Assembly (NCBI GenBank): GCA_963728915.1
Contig: CAVSLV010000004.1
Span: 480,001-544,000, forward strand
DNA length: 64,000 bases
Source of the DNA: an uncultured Gemmatimonadales bacterium
GTDB lineage: Bacteria; Gemmatimonadota; Gemmatimonadetes; Gemmatimonadales; GWC2-71-9
Direction of reading: 5' to 3'
The position numbers and the translations under genes are program-made. The notes beneath the pieces were generated by a model. The model was not told the origin of the DNA and ran no database searches. It worked only from the letters and a program-made list of their open reading frames with translations. The stretch's first letter is position 1; every line of letters starts with the position of its first letter. Shown here in pieces: positions 29,995-38,460 of the stretch.

Positions 29995-31287
29995 CTACAT
30001 AGTAGTAAACCGCGGTTCTGGCCGGGGCGCCACGGGAGCGCCGCCGGCTTCGCCCGCTCCCCGCGGGATTGCCAGGACCGCAATGCCGGCGAGCACAGTA
30101 TAGGCGGTCATCATCAGGAACAACGGCCGGTAGCCTCCGAAGAGGTCGAACAAGGCCCCGTTCATCGGGTCACCGATCCCGCCGCCCAGGGCCATACAGA
30201 GCAGGAAGAGCGCCGAGAGCACGCCCCGCCGCTCGCGGGGGATCGGCTCCACGAAGAGCGGGTAGGCATTCACCATGGGGAAGGTCCACGCCGCCGCCGC
30301 CAGGGCCAGGAGGGGAGCCGCCTGGACGACGCTGGTCACCCGGTCGAGAGCGATGAGGCATGCGGCCATCAGCGCGAACCCCGCGAGCATCGCGTTCCGC
30401 CGCCCGAACCGCATCCCGATGAATCCGGCCGGCAGCGCGCCGATCACGCCTCCGACCGCCCACGCCATGAAACCGATCGTCACGTCCTCCGGCCGGACCC
30501 CGAACCGTTCGGTACCGTGGAGGGCAAACCAGGTCGTGAAGGTCTGGAAGGTGAGCTGGAGCAGGAGGGTAGCGATGAAGATCGCGCGCATCCCCGGCAC
30601 CACCCCCCGGATCGCTCCCAGGACCGCATCGAGCAGCGACCGATAGCTCGCTTCGACCGCGGATCCGTGTGGCGGCGGTTCCCGGAGCCCGAGGCCGAGT
30701 CCGGCCGCGATCAGAAGCACGGCGCCCGCCGCGATCAGGAAGGCCGGTCCCATCCCGAGCACGCGCCCGAGCATCAGGAAGACGATGGCGCCGACGCACA
30801 TCTGGAAGGTCACCGACCCCGTGGCGAGCGAGCGAAACCGCGAGGGCACCGCGTCGGCGATGACGGCCTGGAAGGGCGAGCGCTGAACGTTGATCCCGGT
30901 GTAGAGCACCACCATCGCGGCGATCACGCCGACGATTCCGAACCGGGCCGACCAGGGGAAGAGCGCCATCCCGAGGGCGGAGAGCACCAGGGCGCCGACG
31001 ATCATCGGAATCCGGCCGCGACCGCTTGCGCCAGCCCGGTCGGAGGCGGCCCCGGCCCATGGCACCAGGAGGAGCAGGAGGACGTTGTCGATCGCCATCA
31101 CCGCGCCGATGGCGGTGCGGTGGTCGCCGAGCGCTTGACGCACCAGGGGCGGGATGAAGGTACTGAGCAGCGGGCCGGTCACCCCGGCGAACAGGCCGCC
31201 AAGCCCGACACACAGGCAGACCCCGTAGGGCACACGGTTGGGGGAATCCGCGGGCGGTTCGCTCGCGGTATCGTGATTCGGGGTCAC
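29995..31287 (-). CDS. MFS transporter (sugar/GPH-like)
   Basis: About 12 hydrophobic helices; GAASDR..GRGR and RFGRR motifs. Confidence 0.88.
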   Translation of the reverse strand: MTPNHDTASEPPADSPNRVPYGVCLCVGLGGLFAGVTGPLLSTFIPPLVRQALGDHRTAIGAVMAIDNVLLLLLVPWAGAASDRAGASGRGRIPMIVGALVLSALGMALFPWSARFGIVGVIAAMVVLYTGINVQRSPFQAVIADAVPSRFRSLATGSVTFQMCVGAIVFLMLGRVLGMGPAFLIAAGAVLLIAAGLGLGLREPPPHGSAVEASYRSLLDAVLGAIRGVVPGMRAIFIATLLLQLTFQTFTTWFALHGTERFGVRPEDVTIGFMAWAVGGVIGALPAGFIGMRFGRRNAMLAGFALMAACLIALDRVTSVVQAAPLLALAAAAWTFPMVNAYPLFVEPIPRERRGVLSALFLLCMALGGGIGDPMNGALFDLFGGYRPLFLMMTAYTVLAGIAVLAIPRGAGEAGGAPVAPRPEPRFTTM

Positions 31288-31334
31288 CCATCATATTAGA
31301 GGGAGGATCCAACTCACACCACCGTACCGAGGCA

Positions 31335-31937
31335 ATGATGGACCCGATGTTCCTGCCTGATGTCGAAGCGAAACCGGGTGAGGACTCGCCCTACGCGAGT
31401 CTGATCGCCCAGGCCAGGGCCGCCGGTCGCGAGTACCCCCAGATCTGGCACCTCTTCGCCTTCAAACCCCACGCGACGACGCACCTCGCGCACTTCACCC
31501 AGGAAATCCTGCGGGGTGAGGCGCCGCTCAGCCCGGGGTTCCGGGAGCTGATTGCCGCCCGGACCAGCGGTCGCAATGATTGTCCCTTCTGAGTGAAGTC
31601 GCACGCCGCGGTCGCGGCGGTCCTGCTGGAAGACGAAGAGCTGGTGCGCGGGGTGCTTGAAGACCTCGAGACCTGCGGTCTGAGCGATGCCGAGAAGACC
31701 CTCATGCGCTTTCTCGACAAGGTGAACCATGATTCGCCCCGGATCACCCCGGAGGACATCGCCCCGCTTCACCAGGCCGGGTGGACCGACGAGCAGATCT
31801 GGTACGCCATCACGGTGTGCGCCCTGTTCAACTTCTACAACCGGTGGATCGACGCCACCGGGGTGCATGCGCTCTCCGATGAAGCGCATCGCGAAGGCGG
31901 GAAGCGGAGTGCGGCGGGGAGTTACGCGCGGAAATAG
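31335..31937 (+). CDS. AhpD/carboxymuconolactone decarboxylase-family peroxidase-like protein, probable selenoprotein (CPFU, TGA 31590-31592)
   Basis: Two abutting in-frame ORFs read RELIAARTSGRNDCPF*VKSH, where the family motif is CxxCxxxH; hairpin CGCCGC-GGTC-GCGGCG 17 nt downstream; C-terminal FNFYNRW. Confidence 0.85.
31593..31625 (+). promoter_or_regulatory. Candidate bacterial SECIS element
   Basis: Stem 31604-31609/31614-31619 with loop GGUC (31610-31613), the same loop core as the E. coli fdhF SECIS. Confidence 0.72.
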
Positions 31938-31978
31938 ACGTGTGGTGCGGCGGGCTCTCGTTGCGAAGCCCATGTGAT

Positions 31979-32074
31979 CCACAGATGACGCAGATTACGC
32001 GGGATTGCCCCGTGAACAACAAAGAACCTCATCACCTGCCTGAGCAATCCTGAGTCAATCTCTGAAATCTGTGG
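31979..32074. repeat. Imperfect inverted repeat built of 9-mer units (CCACAGAT..CAGATT / AATCT..AATCTGTGG), likely REP-like or bidirectional terminator
   Basis: Arms 31979-32007 and 32045-32074 between convergent genes. Confidence 0.65.
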
Positions 32075-33076
32075 TCAAATGGACGGCCGCTCCGCGCCCG
32101 GTGAGACGCCCAGGAGCTCCGCCGCGTTCCCGCCCAGAATCCTGGCCTCGTCCGCCGGGACAAGCCCCAGCGACCGGATGCTCGAGATCATCCGGGGAAT
32201 GCTCCCGATCTGGTGCGGATAATCGGAACCGGCCAGGATCTGGCCGACCCCCGCGAACTCAATGGCAAGATGCAGCGCGTCGGGATCGAAGTTCACCGTG
32301 TCGTAGTAGAACGTCTTCAGATGTTCACTCGGCGGGGCCGCCAGGTCCTTTCGGCACTCCGCGAACATCTCGTAACCCCGATCCAGCCGCTCCGCCAGAT
32401 ACGGAATCGTTCCGCCCAGATGGCCCAGCACCCAGCGAATTCCGGGAAACCGCTCGGGAATGCCCGCGAATACGAGGTGGGCGGCCGCGAGCGTGGTATC
32501 GAACAGGAAGCCGACCAGCGGCATCAGCCAGTACTGCTGCATCGCCTCGACCCCCAAGGGGAAGGTCGGATGGATGTACATCACTGCCCGGGCGTCGCTT
32601 GCCGCCTCCCAGAGCGGCCAGAACCGGCCATCTGCCAGCGGCACCCCGTTCACGTTGCCGAAGACCATGCATCCCCGGAAGCCCATTTCGCGGACCCGCT
32701 GGAATTCGCGGAGCGTGGCGGCCGGATCGTTGAGGGGCAGGGTGGCCAGCGCGGTGAATCGTTTGCCTCGCTGCTGCATCACCTCGGCGAAGGCGTCGTT
32801 CACCATGCTCGCCAGCCTGGCGGAGCGGGCCTGATCCTCCAGCACGGTCCCCGGGCAAGTCAGCGAAATGAGCTGACGCTCCACTCCCTCCTGGGTGAGA
32901 ACCTCCTCGCGATAGGCGATGTCGCGATGGCCCCGGACCGCGATGTTCGCGTCCCCGGGAGAGTAGAGGACCGGGTTCCCGTCGGCATCGTCCCGCACCG
33001 AGAGGGCGCTGGTCCCGGCTCGGAGAGCGTCGATGAAGGTCGGCGGATAGTAGTGGTTATGGACGTCGAGAATCAT
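32075..33076 (-). CDS. Amidohydrolase_2 family, ACMSD/aromatic decarboxylase-like
   Basis: DVHNH, YIHP, GHLGGTIPY, YYDT, GSDYPH. Confidence 0.88.
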   Translation of the reverse strand: MILDVHNHYYPPTFIDALRAGTSALSVRDDADGNPVLYSPGDANIAVRGHRDIAYREEVLTQEGVERQLISLTCPGTVLEDQARSARLASMVNDAFAEVMQQRGKRFTALATLPLNDPAATLREFQRVREMGFRGCMVFGNVNGVPLADGRFWPLWEAASDARAVMYIHPTFPLGVEAMQQYWLMPLVGFLFDTTLAAAHLVFAGIPERFPGIRWVLGHLGGTIPYLAERLDRGYEMFAECRKDLAAPPSEHLKTFYYDTVNFDPDALHLAIEFAGVGQILAGSDYPHQIGSIPRMISSIRSLGLVPADEARILGGNAAELLGVSPGAERPSI

Positions 33077-34379
33077 GCGATGGTCTCACGGCAAGGAAGT
33101 ACACTGGGAGCCCGAGCAGGACCAGACCCAATCCAAGCGCCGTGTTGATCGGATCGGCTACCACCTGGCTCGCCACGACCAGGAATGCGGCGAGGCTGAA
33201 GATAACCGGCAACACCGGATAGCCCCACATCGAGTAACCCCGTTCGAGACCCGGTCGGCTTCGCAGCACCATCAGTCCGATCGCCATCAGACCGAAGAAA
33301 ATCCACTCGGTATAGATGACCCTGGTGAACAGGGCTCGGAAGGTGCCCGTCGCTACCAGGACGCTCGACCAGAGACCCTGGAGCACGATGGCCCGATGAG
33401 GGGTGTGGAATCGGGGATGAATGGCACCGGCCCACCGAAAGAGCAGGCCATCTCTCGCCATCGCGAGGTACACCCGCGGGCCCGTCAGCACGATCCCCGC
33501 CAGGGCGCCGAAGGACGAGAACATCACCAGCGCTGCGATGGCCCGGCCACCTCCCGGCCCGAGCAGTGCCTCGGCGAGCTCCGCGGCGACTCCCTTCGAC
33601 GTCGCCACCGTGTCGAAGGGAAGGACATACAGGTAGACCGCGTTCATCGCGAGGTAAGCGAGGGTGACGATGATGGTCCCCAGCGCCAGGGCCCGCGGAA
33701 TGGTTCGCTCGGGAGCGACGGTCTCTTCCGAGCTGTAGGTCACCATGTGCCAGCCGCCGAACGCGAAGAGACCGGCGCCGAGCCCCACCAGGACGTCCCA
33801 GCCACCCGCCGACGCGGGCTTGGCCGGCCCCACGAAGTGGGCCGGGACCTGGCGGCCGATCGTGAGGCCGATCAGCACGATGAGGAGCACCGCCACGAGC
33901 TTGCCCGCGGTGAAGGCGGTCTGGAGCCGGCTGCCCTGGCTCACTCCCACGTAGTTGATCGCCGTGAGCACCAGGATGACCCCGATGGCCACCAGTCGGG
34001 TCTGGAAATCGTCGAGGGGAACCAGGTATCCGGTGTACCGGGCGAAAATCACGGCGACCGCCGCGATGATGCCGGAGTGCATGCTCCAGAACATCGCCCA
34101 GCCCCACAGAAACCCGATCGGCCGGCCGAACGCCTCGGACAGGTAGACGTAGACCCCGCCGCTCCGGGTAAAGGTCGAGGCCAGCTCGGCGGACACCAGC
34201 GCGCCGATCAGGGTGATCAGGCCGGCGGCGAGCCAGACCCCTAACACGCCCGCCACGGTGGGGATCCGGGCGGTGATCTCGGAGGGCTGGACGAAAATGG
34301 AAGCGCCGATGATCGTCCCGATCACCAGCGCCGTCGCGTGGGGGAGCCGGATCGCGCGTCGAAGGGCCGGCGCGCTCAT
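33057..34379 (-). CDS. APC-family amino acid permease
   Basis: GTIIGASIF, AELAS..SGG.YVY, FAFGGW, EET..PERTIPRA. Confidence 0.92.
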   Translation of the reverse strand: MSAPALRRAIRLPHATALVIGTIIGASIFVQPSEITARIPTVAGVLGVWLAAGLITLIGALVSAELASTFTRSGGVYVYLSEAFGRPIGFLWGWAMFWSMHSGIIAAVAVIFARYTGYLVPLDDFQTRLVAIGVILVLTAINYVGVSQGSRLQTAFTAGKLVAVLLIVLIGLTIGRQVPAHFVGPAKPASAGGWDVLVGLGAGLFAFGGWHMVTYSSEETVAPERTIPRALALGTIIVTLAYLAMNAVYLYVLPFDTVATSKGVAAELAEALLGPGGGRAIAALVMFSSFGALAGIVLTGPRVYLAMARDGLLFRWAGAIHPRFHTPHRAIVLQGLWSSVLVATGTFRALFTRVIYTEWIFFGLMAIGLMVLRSRPGLERGYSMWGYPVLPVIFSLAAFLVVASQVVADPINTALGLGLVLLGLPVYFLAVRPSHDSRRP

Positions 34380-34397
34380 GGCGGAGAGATCGGCGGT

Positions 34398-34694
34398 TTA
34401 CCGGAGCCGAAGCCGCTTGCGGCGCTTGGCCTTGCGGCGCGCGGCCAGAGCGCCAACGGCGGCGGCGCCGATCCCCACCGCGGCGGCCGCCGCCGCGACG
34501 AGCTTCCTGGTCTCGATCCCCTTGAACCTGGTGGCGAGCTTCCTGCCGAGCCGCTTGCCCTCCCGCTCCACCGCCTTGAGCGCGGCCGTGGCGGTCTGTT
34601 TCGCCGAGGCCTTCGGGGCCGGCTTCATGGGTGTCGTTCGAGTGTTACGGCTCCGCGAAGCGGGGCTCCTGCGCGTCCTGGATTTGGTTGCCAT
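34398..34694 (-). CDS. Small very basic protein with C-terminal hydrophobic helix
   Basis: GGAGG SD 4 nt before the ATG; fills the gap in a same-strand run. Confidence 0.6.
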   Translation of the reverse strand: MATKSRTRRSPASRSRNTRTTPMKPAPKASAKQTATAALKAVEREGKRLGRKLATRFKGIETRKLVAAAAAAVGIGAAAVGALAARRKAKRRKRLRLR

Positions 34695-34754
34695 GTTGCC
34701 TCCCGGAGAAGGGGTCCGCGTGCCGGTAAATAGGGGAACGAACCAGAGCCCCTG

Positions 34755-35582
34755 TCAACCCACGGCGCGTGTCAGGGCGCGCCGGGTGAGGACCCGGGCC
34801 AGGTGCGCCCGATACTGGGCGGTCCCGCTCAGGTCGGTCATCGGTTCGATCCCGTCGGCGGCTCGTTCCGCCGCCTTCGCGATGGCGCCGGCCGAACGCT
34901 CGGCGCCGAGGGCCGACTCGACCGCGCTGGCCCGGTAGGGCCTGGCGGCGACCCCGGTCACCCCGACCCGAACCCGTTTTCCCTCGACCACCGCCGCGAC
35001 TCCGCACAGCGCGAACCCGCTCGCCTTCTGAGCGAACTTCTCGTAGGCGACCGTGTTCCCCGTGCCGGGAACCCGGATGGCGGCAAGGATCTCGCCCGGT
35101 TTGAGCGCGGTCTGAAACAGGTCAAGGAAGAAGTCCCTGGCGGCCACCGATCGCTTCCCATTCCGGCCCGCGATTTCGAACTCCGCCTCGAGCGCGAGCA
35201 TCGCGGCGGGCCAGTCGGCGGCAGGGTCGGCATGGGCCAGACTTCCCCCGATGGTCCCTCGGTTGCGGACCTGAACGTCGCCGATCTGTCCCGCGGTCTG
35301 CGGCAACAGCGGGCACATCCTGCCGAGCAGGTCGCTCGATTCGATCTCATAGTGGGTGACCATCGCTCCGATCGTCACCCGTCCACCTTCCTCGCGGATG
35401 CCCCGGAGCTCTCCGACCCGTGCAAGGTCCACCAGCGCATCGGGCTGAGAAAGTCCGAGCTTCATCGCGGGGAGCAGACTGTGTCCTCCTGCCAGCGCCC
35501 GCGCCTCGGGTAGCTCGGAGAGCAGGCGGGCGGCTTCCTCGAGAGTTTCCGGGCGTCGGTATTCGAATCCGGCGGGGATCAT
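34755..35582 (-). CDS. coxM: Molybdenum hydroxylase FAD subunit (CoxM-like)
   Basis: MIPAGFEY, LAGGHSL, QVRNRGTIGG, DPAAD. Confidence 0.88.
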   Translation of the reverse strand: MIPAGFEYRRPETLEEAARLLSELPEARALAGGHSLLPAMKLGLSQPDALVDLARVGELRGIREEGGRVTIGAMVTHYEIESSDLLGRMCPLLPQTAGQIGDVQVRNRGTIGGSLAHADPAADWPAAMLALEAEFEIAGRNGKRSVAARDFFLDLFQTALKPGEILAAIRVPGTGNTVAYEKFAQKASGFALCGVAAVVEGKRVRVGVTGVAARPYRASAVESALGAERSAGAIAKAAERAADGIEPMTDLSGTAQYRAHLARVLTRRALTRAVG

Positions 35583-37966
35583 CGGCGCACCTTCTTTCTC
35601 CCTGGTGCCGGTGGCTTGGCTTTCGCGGGCTCGGCCGCGCTGACCTTCGGCGCTCTTCCCGGGTCGGTAATCGTCTGCCACACCTTTTCCGGCGTGAACG
35701 GCATGTCGAGGTGCCTGACGCCAAGCGGCGCCAGGGCATCGATCACCGCGTTGGCAATGGCCGGGGTGGATCCGATGGTGCCGGCTTCACCGACCCCCTT
35801 CACCCCGAGCGGATTGGCGGTGGTCGGCGTGACGGTGCTGCCAAGCACGTATTCGGGAATGTCGCTCGCTCGTGGCATCGGGTAGTCCATGAACTCGCCG
35901 GTCAGCAGCTGCCCGTTCTCGTCATAGACGGTCTGCTCGAACAGGGCCTGCCCGATCGAGTGGGCGATGCCGCCCTGCACCTGACCCTCGATCAGGAGGG
36001 GGTTGATCTGGTTGCCGCAATCATCCACCGCGATGTACTTCAGGATGCGGACCGCACCGGTCTCGCGATCGATCTCCACCGCGGCAATGTGGGTGCCGAA
36101 CGGGAAGGTGGCGCTGGGCGGCTCGAAGAAACTGGACGCCTCGAGGCCAGGCTCGAAGTTGGGAGGAAGATTCTTGGCGATGTAGGCCTCTCCCGCGAGC
36201 TCGACCCAGCCCAGGGCGGTTTTCCGCTTCCCCTTCACGAAGAACCGTCCGTTCTCGAACTCCACGTCCTTCGGTTTGGCCTTGAGCAGGGCCGCGGCCA
36301 GGATCCTGGCCTTGCCGATGATCTTGTCGATGCACATGACGATCGCGCTTCCGCCCAGCGCGGTGGCGCGGCTGCCGTAGGTGTCCCGGCCATAGTGGGC
36401 GATCGCGGTATCGCCCCGATAGACCACCACGTCCTCGATCGGGATCCCGAGCCGGTCGGCCGCGATCTGGGCAAAGCTGGTCTCCTGGCCCTGCCCGTGG
36501 GGGGTCGCGCCGGTGATGACCGTCACCTTGCCGGAGATCTCGATCCGGACGCAGCCCCACTCCCATCCGCCCGCCGACATCGTCTTGGACGGTCCTAACG
36601 CGCAGATCTCGACGTAGGTGGAGACGCCGATCCCGAACAGCCGCCCGGCCCGCCGGACCCGCTCCCGTTCGCTCAGGAGGGATTCCCATCGGGCCAGCTC
36701 GAGGGCCTTCTTGAGCGCGACCTGGTAGTTCCCGCTGTCGTAGGTGGCGCCGCTCGCCGTCGTAAACGGGAACTCGCTCGGCTTGGGGAAGTTTCTCCGG
36801 CGCACCTCGACCGGATCCAGCCCCAGCTCGGTGGCGACGATGCTCATCAGCCGCTCGATCGCATAGGCCGCCTCGGGGCGGCCTGCGCCGCGGTAGGCAT
36901 CGGTCGCCATCTTGTGGGTGTGGACCGCGGTCACCTCCATCTTCATCGCGCGGAACTTGTAGCATCCGCAGATCATCAGGGTGGTCAGTCCGGCAATCGC
37001 GGGGGTGAGGAGCTGGTTGTAGGCGCCCAGATTTGCCAGAGTATGTCCCTTGAGGGCCAGGACCGTCCCGTCCCGCTTCACGGCCACCTCGTAATCGCCG
37101 ATCTGATCCCGGCCGTGGATGGTCGCCGCGGCGTTCTCGCCCCGGGTCTCGATCCATTTGACCGGCGCGTTGAGGCGGATCGCGAGATGACTCACCAGGA
37201 TCTCTTCGGGATACAGGTTGAGCTTGGAGCCGAACCCGCCACCGACCTCCGGCGCTACGATCCGGAGCTTGTTTTCCGGCACGTTCACCAGGCCGGGCAG
37301 GAGGGTGCGCACCAGGTGGGGCACCTGGGTCGAGGTCCACAGGGTGAGCGACTCCTCGCCGGCATGCCACGACGCGATGCATCCCCGCGGCTCCATGGCC
37401 ATCGGGGTGAGCCGCTGGTGGTACATGCGCACCTTGACGATCCGGTCCGCCCGGGCGAACTCCCCGTCCACATCGCCGCTCACCATGGTCGAGCGGAAGG
37501 CGACGTTGCTGCCGAGGTCGGGGTGGGTGAGGGTCTTGTCGAGGAGAGCCTGCTCCGGGTCCACCACGACCGGAAGCGGATCGTAGTCCACATCGATCAG
37601 GTCGAGCGCGGCGCGCGCGGTGACGCGATCCTTGGCCACCACGACCGCGACCGGGTGGCCCACGAAGTAGACCCGGTCGCCCGCGAGCACGGTGTGTTTG
37701 GGCGAGTTCTGCCCCGGCTGGGGCGCGGCGCAGGGAACCGCGCCGACCTGGGAGTTCACCTCCGGCCCGGCAAGGACCGCGACCACACCGGGATGCGCCC
37801 GGGCCTGGTCGGCGCGGATCGCCTTCACCCGGGCATGCGCGTGCGGACTCCGGAGGAACGCGGCGTGGAGCATGCCGGGGAGGCGCATGTCGTCCACATA
37901 GGTCGCGATGCCCTTGATGAGCCGGGGGTCCTCGATCCGCTTGAGCGGTCGGCCTACGTAGCCCAT
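35579..37966 (-). CDS. coxL: Molybdenum hydroxylase large subunit (form II CoxL-like)
   Basis: GGGFGSK, AYRGAGRPE (form II motif), HGQGQET, YGSR, KGVGE. Confidence 0.88.
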   Translation of the reverse strand: MGYVGRPLKRIEDPRLIKGIATYVDDMRLPGMLHAAFLRSPHAHARVKAIRADQARAHPGVVAVLAGPEVNSQVGAVPCAAPQPGQNSPKHTVLAGDRVYFVGHPVAVVVAKDRVTARAALDLIDVDYDPLPVVVDPEQALLDKTLTHPDLGSNVAFRSTMVSGDVDGEFARADRIVKVRMYHQRLTPMAMEPRGCIASWHAGEESLTLWTSTQVPHLVRTLLPGLVNVPENKLRIVAPEVGGGFGSKLNLYPEEILVSHLAIRLNAPVKWIETRGENAAATIHGRDQIGDYEVAVKRDGTVLALKGHTLANLGAYNQLLTPAIAGLTTLMICGCYKFRAMKMEVTAVHTHKMATDAYRGAGRPEAAYAIERLMSIVATELGLDPVEVRRRNFPKPSEFPFTTASGATYDSGNYQVALKKALELARWESLLSERERVRRAGRLFGIGVSTYVEICALGPSKTMSAGGWEWGCVRIEISGKVTVITGATPHGQGQETSFAQIAADRLGIPIEDVVVYRGDTAIAHYGRDTYGSRATALGGSAIVMCIDKIIGKARILAAALLKAKPKDVEFENGRFFVKGKRKTALGWVELAGEAYIAKNLPPNFEPGLEASSFFEPPSATFPFGTHIAAVEIDRETGAVRILKYIAVDDCGNQINPLLIEGQVQGGIAHSIGQALFEQTVYDENGQLLTGEFMDYPMPRASDIPEYVLGSTVTPTTANPLGVKGVGEAGTIGSTPAIANAVIDALAPLGVRHLDMPFTPEKVWQTITDPGRAPKVSAAEPAKAKPPAPGRKKVRR

Positions 37967-37967
37967 G

Positions 37968-38447
37968 CTACCGCCCCCCTTTCCCGGCCGCGTTCGCCGC
38001 GTGTTCGACCGCGTCGACGATGTGGGAGTATCCGGTGCAGCGGCACAGGTTCCCGTCCAGGCCGTGGCGGATCTGGTCCCGGCTCGGGTGCGGATTCCGC
38101 TCGAGCAGCTGCACGCCCGCCAGGATCATCCCCGGCGTGCAATAGCCGCATTGCAGGCCGTGACATTCCCAGAAGGCTTGCTGCACCGGATGCAGGGACC
38201 CGTTCCGGGCCAGCCCTTCGATGGTCTGCACCTCGCCCCCGTCGGCCTGCACCGCGAGCACGGTACAGGATTTCACCGCCTTGCCGTCGAGGAGGACGGT
38301 GCAGGCGCCGCACACCGACGTCTCGCAGCCGATATGGGTCCCGGTGAGGGCGCAGTGGTCGCGCAGGAAGTGAGCGAGCAGGAGCCGAGGCTCGACTTCC
38401 TGCTCATGCATGCCACCGTTGACCTGGATCCGGACGGGGATGTTCAC
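37968..38447 (-). CDS. coxS: Molybdenum hydroxylase 2Fe-2S subunit (CoxS-like)
   Basis: GCETSVCGAC, QCGYCTPG, NLCRCTGY; AGGAGG SD. Confidence 0.92.
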   Translation of the reverse strand: MNIPVRIQVNGGMHEQEVEPRLLLAHFLRDHCALTGTHIGCETSVCGACTVLLDGKAVKSCTVLAVQADGGEVQTIEGLARNGSLHPVQQAFWECHGLQCGYCTPGMILAGVQLLERNPHPSRDQIRHGLDGNLCRCTGYSHIVDAVEHAANAAGKGGR

Positions 38448-38460
38448 GCGGAGACCTCCT

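Noticed and set aside
27078..30002. Long plus-strand ORFs (also 38410-40698, 52198-54084, 59645-61795, 3030-4424)
   Set aside because: Antisense shadows of well-supported minus-strand genes, expected in high-GC DNA; no motifs.
31593..31937. Independent gene starting at GTG 31593
   Set aside because: No SD or promoter space, and it would split the CxxC/U-xxxH active site; better explained by UGA read-through.
35579..37966. True aerobic CO dehydrogenase (form I)
   Set aside because: Active-site loop is AYRGAGR not AYxCSFR, gene order is S-L-M, and no coxDEF accessory genes are present.
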